Below are positions 40,649 through 49,554 of a stretch of DNA of 64,000 nucleotides, in pieces. How positions within the stretch are numbered: the stretch's first letter is position 1; each line of letters starts with the position of its first letter. The position numbers were made by a program, and so were the translations under genes. The stretch comes from Coriobacteriia bacterium (GTDB lineage: Bacteria > Actinomycetota > Coriobacteriia > Anaerosomatales > JAAXUF01): NCBI GenBank assembly GCA_038249135.1, contig JBBRWO010000001.1, positions 24,876 through 88,875 on the forward strand, in the 5' to 3' direction. The notes below the pieces were generated by a model. It was given only the letters and a program-made list of their open reading frames with translations, did no database searches and had not been told where the DNA came from.

Positions 40649-40778
40649 TTGGTCGCAAAGATACATAAGTCCGTTGGATTGGAGTCAGTGAGAGGGGCGT
40701 GAGCTCGGGAGGGCAGCTGCTGCCACAGTTGGAGATTGCCGGTTAACGTTGAGACAAACACAAGGGAAAGGACAAGGA

Positions 40779-42209
40779 ATGGAGACCTTCTTCAAGTTCA
40801 AAGAACGAGGCACGAACCTGCAAACTGAAATTCTTGCGGGCGTCACGACGTTCCTAACGATGGCCTACATCATTTTCGTGAACCCGGGAATCCTCTCGGC
40901 GGCGGGTGTCCCGTTCGAGGGCGCCGCGACTGCAACCGCATTGGGTGCGGGTCTGATGTGTCTCGCAATGGGATTCATCGCCAACCGACCCCTGGCGCTC
41001 GCTTCAGGCATGGGTCTGAATGCGGTCGTGACCTTCTCAATCATCGGTTTCCAGCAGGCCAACGTTCCCTGGCAGGTTGGTATGTCGGTTATCTTTGTTG
41101 AGGGCCTGATCATCTTCGCGTTGGTCCTGACTGGGTTGCGTGAGGCGATCATGAACGCGATACCTCTCGATCTCAAGCGCGCAATCGGCGTGGGTATCGG
41201 ACTGTTCATCACGCTCTTGGGCCTCATCGAGGGCGGCGTCATCACGCCTAACGCAGCCACCGTGGTATCCCTGGGAGACTTCACCAAGCCCTACGTGTGG
41301 GTGACGCTGATCGGTCTGTTCTCGATCATTGCGTTCATGGCCTTGAAGGTCAAAGGCGACATTCTCTGGGGCATCCTTGTCGCCACTGTCGCAGCGCTGC
41401 TCTTGAAGGTGACGCATCTGCCCACCGGCGTCGTCGCCAACCCGGACTTCTCCACCTTCATGGCGCCGTTCCAGCAGGTTGAGGGCGGCCTGGCGCTCCT
41501 CCAGATCTTCACGCCGGCACTTTTGTTCGCAGTGTTCGCAGTGATGCTGACCGACTTCTTCGACACAATGGGTACCGTACTGTCGGTCGGCGAACAGGCT
41601 GGCTTCGCGGATGCTGACGGTCAGGTCCCCGGCATCCGAAACATCCTACTTGTCGACTCTGCTGCAGCGAGCGTCGGCGGTCTCTTCGGCGCGTCGTCCA
41701 TCACCACCTACATCGAGTCGGCCGCCGGGGTCGCCGAGGGTGGTCGTACCGGGCTCACCGCAATTGTCACGGGTGTTCTATTCGCCGGAGCGGCCTTCTT
41801 CTCACCTGTTGTTCAAATGATCGGCGGGGGATTCCCGGTTCCTAATGCGGAGCGCTTCGGCTCGTTCATCGGATCCGGATTCACGGTTCCTGCAGACGTT
41901 CCGGTACCCAGCTTCACCGCGTTCCCGATCACCGCGGGCGCTCTCATCATCGTCGGCTTCCTCATGATTCGTGGAGTTGCCGAGATTCCCTGGGACAACC
42001 TCGAAGAGGCCTTCCCAGCGTACCTCACCATCGTCGGTATCCCGCTGACCTACAACATCAGCTGGGGTATTGGCCTTGGCTTCATCAGCTACGTGCTGAT
42101 CAAGCTCTTCCACCGCAAGGCTTCCGAAATTCATCCGCTCATGTGGGTGGCATCGGTCGCCTTCCTTGCGGCGTTCCTGCAAGGCCCGATTCTCGGGTTG
42201 TTCAACTAG
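40779..42209 (+). CDS. NCS2 / AzgA-like purine permease
   Basis: TEILAGVTTFLTMAYIIFVNP, GMGLNA, DFFDTMGT, YIESAAGVAEGGRTG. Confidence 0.93.
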   Translation: METFFKFKERGTNLQTEILAGVTTFLTMAYIIFVNPGILSAAGVPFEGAATATALGAGLMCLAMGFIANRPLALASGMGLNAVVTFSIIGFQQANVPWQVGMSVIFVEGLIIFALVLTGLREAIMNAIPLDLKRAIGVGIGLFITLLGLIEGGVITPNAATVVSLGDFTKPYVWVTLIGLFSIIAFMALKVKGDILWGILVATVAALLLKVTHLPTGVVANPDFSTFMAPFQQVEGGLALLQIFTPALLFAVFAVMLTDFFDTMGTVLSVGEQAGFADADGQVPGIRNILLVDSAAASVGGLFGASSITTYIESAAGVAEGGRTGLTAIVTGVLFAGAAFFSPVVQMIGGGFPVPNAERFGSFIGSGFTVPADVPVPSFTAFPITAGALIIVGFLMIRGVAEIPWDNLEEAFPAYLTIVGIPLTYNISWGIGLGFISYVLIKLFHRKASEIHPLMWVASVAFLAAFLQGPILGLFN

Positions 42210-42220
42210 TTTGACTCTCG

Positions 42221-42249
42221 GGGCCCCGGTCGACCGACCGGGGCCCTTT
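42221..42249 (+). terminator. Intrinsic terminator-like hairpin
   Basis: GGGCCCCGGTC-GACC-GACCGGGGCCC followed by TTT. Confidence 0.75.
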
Positions 42250-42272
42250 CAGCACAGACATGGAGGGGATTG

Positions 42273-43616
42273 ATGGCCGAGCGCGGAGTAATCCAGACCG
42301 ACGAGAAGCTGCCGGTATTCCAGGCGTTTCCGTTGGCACTTCAGCACCTGATGGCGATGTTTGGAGCCACGGTACTCGTACCCATTCTTACGGGTCTCGA
42401 TCCGGGTGTGGGTCTCATGACATCTGGTATCGGAACAATCATCTATCTGATCTGCACACGCAACAAGATTCCGAGCTACCTCGGTTCTTCGTTCGCATTC
42501 ATCGCTCCGTTGATCGCTGTGGGTGGCGGCGCGGCGGCCATCCAAGGTGGAACAGGCAACCTTCCGGCTGCTCTCGGCGGTCTTGTCGTCGCTGGTTTCG
42601 TGTATATGATCGTCGCTGGCTTCGTGAAGCTTTTTGGGACCGGTTGGATCAACAAGCTTCTCCCGCCGGCACTTGTGGGCGCGGTCGTCATCGTCATCGG
42701 TCTCGGCCTCTCTGCTGTGGCCGTCAAGATGTCGCTATACCCCTTTGCCGACCCCACTAAGGGAATCGACCTCAAGCTGGTTATGGTCGCATTCATCACG
42801 CTGGCAGCCGCAATCGTCTTCTCCTCGTTCTTCAAGGGCTTCATGAAGACGATCCCGGTACTGCTCGGCGTCGTGGTTGGCTACCTGGTGTCCATTCCGC
42901 TCGGCTTGGTCAGTTTCGATGCGGTCAATGCGGCCCCATGGATCGGTCTGCCCAACGTCACGTTTCCGACGTTCGAACTCGACGCGATTCTGATCATCGC
43001 TCCCGTGGCTATCGTCGTCATCGTCGAACACATCGGGCATCTCCTGGTCATCAACGAGATCACCGGCAAGGACTTCACTCCGATGATGCCGGAGTCGCTT
43101 TTCGGTGACGGTCTTGCGACGTCGATTTCGGGTCTTCTCGGCGGCACGCCTTCGACCACGTACGCCGAGAACATCGGCGTCATGGCGGTCACCAAGGTCT
43201 ACGCCACGCAGCTGTTCTGGTACGCCGGCGCGCTGGCGTTCGTCATTGGCGGTTTCGTGCCCAAGGTGAGCGCCGTCATCAGCTCGATTCCTACGCCGGT
43301 CATGGGCGGTATCTCGTTGCTGCTCTTTGGACTGATAGCCTCGAGCGGTCTGCGTCTGCTGGTCAAGAGTGGCATCGACTACAGCCACAGCCGCAACCTC
43401 ATCATGTCTTCGGTCGTTTTGACCATCGGCATCGGTATGGAGACGGGCGGATTCACGATTCCGTTTGGCAACTACTCCATTCCCGGTATGGCACTGGCGA
43501 CCTTCATCGGCATCTTCCTGAACCTGATCCTGCCCAAAGAGTCAGAAGGGCTGGCGCTGGATTCGCCATCGTTCTACGCAGAAGTGCAGGGCGAAGCGTC
43601 GGAGTCTAACGCCTAG
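42273..43616 (+). CDS. Uracil/xanthine permease (UraA/PyrP-like)
   Basis: LQHLMAMFGATVLVP, YLGSSFAFI, EHIGH, TTYAENIGV. Confidence 0.93.
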   Translation: MAERGVIQTDEKLPVFQAFPLALQHLMAMFGATVLVPILTGLDPGVGLMTSGIGTIIYLICTRNKIPSYLGSSFAFIAPLIAVGGGAAAIQGGTGNLPAALGGLVVAGFVYMIVAGFVKLFGTGWINKLLPPALVGAVVIVIGLGLSAVAVKMSLYPFADPTKGIDLKLVMVAFITLAAAIVFSSFFKGFMKTIPVLLGVVVGYLVSIPLGLVSFDAVNAAPWIGLPNVTFPTFELDAILIIAPVAIVVIVEHIGHLLVINEITGKDFTPMMPESLFGDGLATSISGLLGGTPSTTYAENIGVMAVTKVYATQLFWYAGALAFVIGGFVPKVSAVISSIPTPVMGGISLLLFGLIASSGLRLLVKSGIDYSHSRNLIMSSVVLTIGIGMETGGFTIPFGNYSIPGMALATFIGIFLNLILPKESEGLALDSPSFYAEVQGEASESNA

Positions 43617-43663
43617 CATTCTCACGTGACGACACCGTTTTGTGTGTCGAGCGGTTTTCACGA

Positions 43664-43700
43664 CGGCCCCGGGCTGCGGAAACGCAGTCCGGGGCCGCTT
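43664..43700 (+). terminator. Strong hairpin terminator
   Basis: CGGCCCCGGGCTGCG-GAAA-CGCAGTCCGGGGCCG. Confidence 0.8.
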
Positions 43701-43761
43701 CAGTAGATGTGCCGGGGTGCAGCGTTCGTGGCTCAGAGAGGGCTTACGCGAACACCCGTGA

Positions 43762-43789
43762 TACGCTGATAATGCATCTTATGTAATAT
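43762..43789. other. Putative dif site (XerC/XerD chromosome dimer resolution)
   Basis: TACGCTGATAA-TGCATC-TTATGTAATAT, 11-6-11 layout with the inner ATAA/TTAT signature; intergenic, at the gene-orientation switch. Confidence 0.8.
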
Positions 43790-43879
43790 CAGCGTGTGGT
43801 GAATCTCCCCCGTACAAGTGAACCCCGGGTGACGACGACAGGTACTGCCACCTGCCTCGGCGGGACTCAGCCGTGAGTA

Positions 43880-44209
43880 CTACTCAATACCCGTGTCGCC
43901 TGACTCGGCGCCATCCAAGTATCTGATCTCGAATTCGGATTTGGTCATCTGGTCGAGGTCATCAGAGACCTGCGACATAAGCTCCCTTGCTTCAGCGGAT
44001 GTGCCAAACGTCCCGATTCGACATACCGTCTCGGCATCGTCTAGACGGATCGCCTCGACGTGGTACAACTCGACCTCGTTCCCGAAGTCCACTTTGGGCC
44101 GTCGGTACAGGATGTCGTCGTGCCATTCGAAGTCGAGCCCGGTAGTCGTGTCCACTCGGGTGATTCTAAGACGCCAGAACTCATTCGCGTTTCCGATGAT
44201 GCGAACCAT
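43880..44209 (-). CDS. Hypothetical acidic protein (109 aa)
   Basis: ATG with GCGGGGA RBS just after the SH3 gene stop; no family recognised. Confidence 0.7.
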   Translation of the reverse strand: MVRIIGNANEFWRLRITRVDTTTGLDFEWHDDILYRRPKVDFGNEVELYHVEAIRLDDAETVCRIGTFGTSAEARELMSQVSDDLDQMTKSEFEIRYLDGAESGDTGIE

Positions 44210-44219
44210 CGCGTCCCCG

Positions 44220-44603
44220 CTACTTCTCGATACGGACGTACTGTGACTTGGCTGCGATCCAGCCGACCGTGTTCTTGGAGTCTTTGACTTGGTACCAGTC
44301 AGGCCTGGAAGCGACGACGACAAGCTTCTCGCCCTTCTTTAGTCCTCGAATCGTAACGCCCCCTGTGTCGGGTTCCTTGCGGAAGTTGAGACCCTCGATG
44401 AGCACAACCGCGGTGCCTTGAGTTGCCGCTGCACCCGTCGCGTCTTTGGAGGATACGTCGGCCGTGGATGTCGTAGGATTGCTGGAGATCTCCGACGCGG
44501 CCTGCCGGTAATCCCCCCACCAGTTCATCACCGTCATGAGAAGAATGAGGACCACCGCGAGACCCACGATGGCTTTGAGGAATCGAGTCGTCGAATTACT
44601 CAC
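44220..44603 (-). CDS. Membrane-anchored SH3b-domain protein
   Basis: N-terminal TM; LNFRKEP...LKKGEKL...DWYQV...GWI; GTGA overlap with upstream gene. Confidence 0.82.
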   Translation of the reverse strand: MSNSTTRFLKAIVGLAVVLILLMTVMNWWGDYRQAASEISSNPTTSTADVSSKDATGAAATQGTAVVLIEGLNFRKEPDTGGVTIRGLKKGEKLVVVASRPDWYQVKDSKNTVGWIAAKSQYVRIEK

Positions 44604-45145
44604 AAGTACAGGCCTCCACCATAGACGGATGCATCTTCTTCGACCGAGCACAGCTCACACTCACGTGAAATCTCAGTCCTGGCGGTGTTGAATGCCAAGG
44701 CAATTGCCGTGATATCAATGGCCGAGAGGGCCTCAAGAGCGAGATCCCCTACGTCACCATCATGTACTTTCCCAGCCTCGATGCTGACCTCATACGCGGC
44801 ATCGGCGAGACGGCTCGCGGCAGGGACAAGTCGCCAAGGCAGAGGCATAGTGTCGAGCTCGTCACTCAGGATGCGGGCACGAACCCATACCTCATGCATG
44901 GTTCGGCGCTCGAGAGCCTCGGGATCCATGGCAAAATGGTGAAGCTGCTCGTCGCTACCCTCTGCCAGACGTCGAAGAACGTCTTCGAGCGCTTGGCGAG
45001 CAGCATCGACCGCTTCTCGTCGGCTTATGAGACGCAGCAGATAGCGGCGCTCTACGGCGCGCCATGCGTACAGCGCACCGACGACAATCGCAACGCCAAC
45101 GAGGACGCTCCCCACCCCTACCGCTATCCATCCCCAAAGCGCCAC
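44600..45145 (-). CDS. Hypothetical membrane-anchored helical protein
   Basis: N-terminal hydrophobic helix, helical body; GAAAGG RBS before GTG. Confidence 0.72.
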   Translation of the reverse strand: MALWGWIAVGVGSVLVGVAIVVGALYAWRAVERRYLLRLISRREAVDAARQALEDVLRRLAEGSDEQLHHFAMDPEALERRTMHEVWVRARILSDELDTMPLPWRLVPAASRLADAAYEVSIEAGKVHDGDVGDLALEALSAIDITAIALAFNTARTEISRECELCSVEEDASVYGGGLYL

Positions 45146-45173
45146 GTGAAGGTCAGCCTTTCACAAAGACAGG

Positions 45174-45330
45174 AAATTCCAGCTAGAATCGCTCAGGAAT
45201 CATCCTGTGTGTCGAGTACTCGTTTGTTCTTGCCGGCTCTCTCTCAACGAAGCTGGATTCAACCAAGGTGATCTTGGCGGAAAGACGGAGCGCCGTTTAC
45301 ACACGAACCTGAAGCGCCCTGCTGGAATTC
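45174..45330 (-). ncRNA. Candidate 6S-like rod-shaped RNA
   Basis: Nested end-to-end pairings on the - strand around a central bubble; G-U pairs favour the - strand; TATCAT -10 at 45349-45344. Confidence 0.55.
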
Positions 45331-45382
45331 GAGCATATCAGCCATGATATCCGAAAAGAGGTCATCGGCGACTTCTGCCAAT

Positions 45383-45799
45383 TCAGATGCTGGTGATTTC
45401 CTCCTGAGTCACTAGACTGACCGAACTACCGGCGAGCATAGCGACCGCTCTGTCCACATCGGCCACATTGATGACAACATATGTGCCGATCAACGAATAG
45501 ACATACTCGATGTTGACGCCGGCGTCCGAGGCGATCTTCAGGACCCCGGCGAGTCCGCCCGGGTGATCTGGGAGGGCGATACAGATGACCGCGTTCTCCT
45601 TCACTGTGAAGCCCGCACCCGACAGAGCTGCATGTCCGGCTTCAGGATCGTCTACCACGAGTCGCACGATTCCGTAGTCTGCAGTGTCTGAGACCGAGAA
45701 TCCCCTGATGTTGACCCCTGCGGATCCCAAGACGTCTGTGACCTCACTTACGCGACCCGCCTTGTTCTCAATGGAGACGCTGAGTTGGATGACGTTCAT
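45383..45799 (-). CDS. Tandem ACT domain protein
   Basis: QLSVSIENKAGR...DHPGGL...VNIEYVY; ATGA overlap with iorB. Confidence 0.9.
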   Translation of the reverse strand: MNVIQLSVSIENKAGRVSEVTDVLGSAGVNIRGFSVSDTADYGIVRLVVDDPEAGHAALSGAGFTVKENAVICIALPDHPGGLAGVLKIASDAGVNIEYVYSLIGTYVVINVADVDRAVAMLAGSSVSLVTQEEITSI

Positions 45800-46386
45800 C
45801 GTTCGCACTCCCCTCTCTGGCACGCTTGCCTACCGAGCTCGAACGCTCTCAGGTTCGCTTCAACGGTCTTTGGTGGCACCCGCCCAGCTATAACCGTGCG
45901 CCACAATTCCTGATCGAACTCCAGGCCCACAGACAGCGCACCCATGAGCACCACGTTTGCAGACTTGGGGCTACCCGCCTCGCATGCGAGCTCATCGGCG
46001 TCTATGAAGATGGCTCCCTCCTCGGCGAGTATGGCGTTGAGCCCGGTTGGTGCGGCGAGATCGCCGGTGAGCACGGGAAGCGGTTGTATGGCGCTGGGAT
46101 TGACCATGAGTCGTCCGCCTGGACGAACATAATGGATGCGTCGCATGGCCTCTATGGACTCGAAGGCGACCAAGTGATCGACCATTCCGGGATCGGTGAC
46201 CGGTGAGTGCACCTGTGTGCCGAACTTGACCACCGTGTCCACACTGCCGCCGCGCTGTGACATTCCGTGAACCTCCGAGAGCTTCACGGCGTACCCGTGT
46301 CCCGACGCGACCTTGGCGAGAAGATCGGCGGCGAGAATGGTTCCCTGTCCGCCGACGCCACACAGCATGACCGTGGTGACCGTCAC
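45796..46386 (-). CDS. iorB: Indolepyruvate ferredoxin oxidoreductase beta subunit
   Basis: GVGGQGTILA, SEVHGMSQRGGSV. Confidence 0.93.
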   Translation of the reverse strand: MTVTTVMLCGVGGQGTILAADLLAKVASGHGYAVKLSEVHGMSQRGGSVDTVVKFGTQVHSPVTDPGMVDHLVAFESIEAMRRIHYVRPGGRLMVNPSAIQPLPVLTGDLAAPTGLNAILAEEGAIFIDADELACEAGSPKSANVVLMGALSVGLEFDQELWRTVIAGRVPPKTVEANLRAFELGRQACQRGECER

Positions 46387-48149
46387 GACAGATCAGCTCC
46401 CTTGAAGTCGCACCCAGGTCCGCTGTGAACGATTGCGTCGTATTTGCACACCTGGACACACTGTCTGCACCCGACGCAGAGGCTGACATCGATGACGGCC
46501 CGCGAGGTGAGATGATCTTTGCCGATTGCAGGGCAACCGAGTTTGATGCATGCGCCGCACTTCGTGCAGAGGTCCTCATCGACACCGTAGGGATCACCCT
46601 TGTCGCGAACGAGCAACGCACACGGAGCCCTGAAGATGATGACGGAGAGTTCCTCCGCGGCGGTCTCCTCGGCGATAGCCACACGAACAGCGGCCAGCCC
46701 GTGGGGATTTACGACTCGAACCCTTGGGACGCCAAGAGCACGCACCAGTGTCTCGAGGTCCACTTCACGGGACGAGCGCTCCTGGAGAGTGATGCCGTTG
46801 AGTGGGTTGCCCTGGTGTCCGGTCATCGCAGTGATGCGATTGTCCAGGATCAGGACGGTTCCCGTGCCACCGTTGTAGACCGTGTTCATCAGCCCGGTCA
46901 CCCCGGAATGCGCGAACGTTGAGTCGCCGATGACGGCGACGATGGGTCGCTCGGTAACGGAACCGACGAGAGAGGCGCCATGCGCCATTCCGATTGACGC
47001 TCCCATGTCGACACAGCTGTCCATCGCGGAGAGAGGCTTGAGAGCCCCCAGCGTGTAGCAGCCGATGTCACCGGTGACCACGGCATTCGCCTTGCGCAAC
47101 GCGTCGAACACGGGCCTGTGTGGACACCCCGGGCACATGAGCGGTGGTCGCGGGGGCAAGGTGGTGTCGGCCTCGCGCAACTCGGGATCAGGATATCTGA
47201 GCGCACTGCGGATGCTCCCGGGTGATATCTCGCCCGACGGGGCAAGGGGCAGAGTGTCGAGCTCAATACCCATCGACCTGATCGACCGTGCGAGATAGGC
47301 GTCTGCCTCCTCGACCACGTACAGAACGTCCACCTTTGATGCGAAATCGCGCAGCAATGTCTCCGGAAGCGGAAAGGTTAGTCCGAGTTTCAGTGTGGAG
47401 AGGTCGGGAGCTGCCTCGCGAACGTGTTCGTAGCACACGCCGGAGCACACGATTCCGATTGAGGTATCGCGATACTCCGTACGATTCAACGGAGAAGCTT
47501 CGCAAAGCGCTTGCAATGACTGGATTCTTCGGTCCAGATCCAACCGTCGGGCCTTGGCCATCGCCGGCATCATGACCCATTTGGCCGGATCAGTCTTGTA
47601 TGAACCGGGATCACGGACGGCGGAACGTTCGCCCAAGGCAACCTGCGACTTCGAGTGGCTGATCCGAACCGTGGAACGGATGAGCACGGGGATATCGTGA
47701 GCCTCAGAGAGTTCGAACGCCTGCTTCGTGAACTCGAGAGCTTCCGTGGAGTCTGACGGCTCGAACATCGGCACGCGTGCAAAAGCGGCGTAGTTGCGCG
47801 AGTCCTGTTCGTTTTGGGACGAGTGCATGCCAGGATCGTCGGCAACCAGAATCACCAGCCCACCACGAACGCCGGTATAGGCGAGCGTGAAGAACGGATC
47901 CGCCGCAACATTGAGCCCCACATGCTTCATCGTGACGAGGACGCGCCCCCCTGCCATCGAAACGCCGGCAGCAACTTCGAGCGCGACCTTCTCATTGGGT
48001 GCCCATTCCGCATACACGTCAGGCAGCTCCGAGAAATACTGAAGGGTTTCAGTCGAGGGCGTTCCCGGGTAGCCGACGCCGACAGTGGCGCCCGCCTCCC
48101 ATGCCCCGCGTGCGATGGCCTCGTTACCGGACAACAACGATGAAGTCAC
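46383..48149 (-). CDS. iorA: Indolepyruvate ferredoxin oxidoreductase alpha subunit
   Basis: GNEAIARG, YPGTPSTE, MKHVGLNVAAD, HSSQNEQD, CPGCPHR, GDIGCY, GDSTF, C-terminal 2x[4Fe-4S] Cys motifs. Confidence 0.95.
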   Translation of the reverse strand: MTSSLLSGNEAIARGAWEAGATVGVGYPGTPSTETLQYFSELPDVYAEWAPNEKVALEVAAGVSMAGGRVLVTMKHVGLNVAADPFFTLAYTGVRGGLVILVADDPGMHSSQNEQDSRNYAAFARVPMFEPSDSTEALEFTKQAFELSEAHDIPVLIRSTVRISHSKSQVALGERSAVRDPGSYKTDPAKWVMMPAMAKARRLDLDRRIQSLQALCEASPLNRTEYRDTSIGIVCSGVCYEHVREAAPDLSTLKLGLTFPLPETLLRDFASKVDVLYVVEEADAYLARSIRSMGIELDTLPLAPSGEISPGSIRSALRYPDPELREADTTLPPRPPLMCPGCPHRPVFDALRKANAVVTGDIGCYTLGALKPLSAMDSCVDMGASIGMAHGASLVGSVTERPIVAVIGDSTFAHSGVTGLMNTVYNGGTGTVLILDNRITAMTGHQGNPLNGITLQERSSREVDLETLVRALGVPRVRVVNPHGLAAVRVAIAEETAAEELSVIIFRAPCALLVRDKGDPYGVDEDLCTKCGACIKLGCPAIGKDHLTSRAVIDVSLCVGCRQCVQVCKYDAIVHSGPGCDFKGADLS

Positions 48150-48265
48150 GCAGTCACGATCCCTTCTGACATCAGCTGAAGGTAGGCGAATGATATCACA
48201 GGGTTCTGTACGGCCCGGTGCAGAAAAGCTCGCATCTATGCGTATGAATGACGGTCGGGGGCCAG

Positions 48266-49399
48266 TCAGGGGCGCGTGGCACCGACGTAGTCGCCGCGTG
48301 ATGCGATGCGCCCTGTGAGCGAGGTGATTCGGACCACGTCACCGCTCTGTGGAGCGTGTATGAACGAGCCGCCTCCGACATACATGCCGACATGATGAAT
48401 TCTCGAAGCCGACCCTTCATACCCAAAGAACACAAGGTCCCCGGGCTGGAGAAGGTCGAGGCGGTTGGGCGGGATGAACGCCCCGATACGGTACTGGCTC
48501 CGGCTGGTCCGCGGTATGTCTATGCCAATGGCCCTGTACGCGTAACTAGTGAGCCCTGAGCAATCGAAACCACTCGGCGATGTGCCTCCCCAGACATAGC
48601 GGATACCCAAGTACCTGCGGGCGATACTGACGGCGTTGGGGTGTGGTTCACCAAGAGCATTTGGATCGAAGGTGCGCGATCCCGGCTTGTTGGCGTTGTC
48701 ACGCCCGGCTGCGGCGGCACGCTCTGCTGCCTCGGCGGCACGCTTGGCAGCCAGCAGCTCCTGACGTTCACGTTCTGCCGCGACGAGCTTCTTCAACTCA
48801 TTCGTGAGGCTCGAAAGACATGCTTGTTGCGACTCGTAGGCTTCTTGAACCTCGGCCTGCTTGCTGCGCGCGCGGTTTCGCAGCGCAATCTGCTCCGACT
48901 GTCGCGTCTCGAGCGATGCACGGGCAGTCTCGACACGGCTTTTGGCTTCCTTGACTGAGGCAACAACGGACGCGTCGCTTCGTCCGATTCTTCTGAGGAG
49001 ATCCACCCGAGTGATGAAGTCATTGAAGTCAGTCGACCCTACGAATACCTCGAGGATGTCGACCTTGCCGCTGCGGTAGATGTTCGTAACGCGGCGATCG
49101 AGAATCGACTGCGTCATCGCGAGGTCCGCGTTCGCCGCCTGTAGCTCAGCTTGCGTGATAGCGATCTGTTTGCGGGTTGAAGCGACGGCATCTTCGATCT
49201 CCGCGAGGTCTTCGCCCTTGAGTTCGAGATCGGTTGCGAGTTTGTCGACTTTGTCGCGGGCGGCTTCGGCGTCCTTGCGCTTCGCTTCAATTGCGGCGTT
49301 GGAGGGTACCGCGAGTGCGGGAACAACCGCGCCCGTCATGACGCACAGAGCAACGAGGATGACTGCGACGAACGCGCAGACCGCACGCAAGCGATTCAC
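48266..49399 (-). CDS. Secreted coiled-coil NlpC/P60 peptidoglycan endopeptidase (CwlO/RipA-like)
   Basis: Signal peptide, coiled coil, YVWGG..FDCSGL, PGDLVFF, HHVGMY. Confidence 0.93.
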   Translation of the reverse strand: MNRLRAVCAFVAVILVALCVMTGAVVPALAVPSNAAIEAKRKDAEAARDKVDKLATDLELKGEDLAEIEDAVASTRKQIAITQAELQAANADLAMTQSILDRRVTNIYRSGKVDILEVFVGSTDFNDFITRVDLLRRIGRSDASVVASVKEAKSRVETARASLETRQSEQIALRNRARSKQAEVQEAYESQQACLSSLTNELKKLVAAERERQELLAAKRAAEAAERAAAAGRDNANKPGSRTFDPNALGEPHPNAVSIARRYLGIRYVWGGTSPSGFDCSGLTSYAYRAIGIDIPRTSRSQYRIGAFIPPNRLDLLQPGDLVFFGYEGSASRIHHVGMYVGGGSFIHAPQSGDVVRITSLTGRIASRGDYVGATRP

Positions 49400-49473
49400 A
49401 CCCACCTCCTGCTACTGCAATGAAAGACTACGACTGAGGTGTTTCGGTTTGTGCACGTTGGAGCCATACGCAA

Positions 49474-49482
49474 ACTATACCA
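49474..49482 (-). promoter_or_regulatory. Extended -10 promoter for the NlpC/P60 gene
   Basis: TGGTATAGT on the - strand just after the apt terminator. Confidence 0.55.
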
Positions 49483-49487
49483 CCGCC

Positions 49488-49521
49488 AAAGGACTCGGGA
49501 CCCCACAGGGGCCCCGAGTCC
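49488..49521 (-). terminator. Intrinsic terminator after apt
   Basis: GGACTCGGGGCCCC-TGT-GGGGTCCCGAGTCC followed by TTT (- strand). Confidence 0.8.
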
Positions 49522-49554
49522 AGGCGTCGTGTCTTTGAAATCAGCCGCAGTACC

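Noticed and set aside
40649-40778. Possible purine riboswitch upstream of the NCS2 permease
   Set aside because: No purine aptamer core (UA...UAUGG...GUUUCUAC...CCGUAAA) seen.
43800-43880. CCACCTG...GGCGGG segment resembling the 3' part of Firmicutes 6S RNA
   Set aside because: The match is short and the region is better explained by dif and its flanks; 45174-45330 is the better rod-shaped candidate.
49400-49554. Possible c-di-AMP (ydaO) riboswitch before the NlpC/P60 gene
   Set aside because: The space is taken by the apt terminator and a promoter with a leader of about 70 nt; no ydaO consensus.
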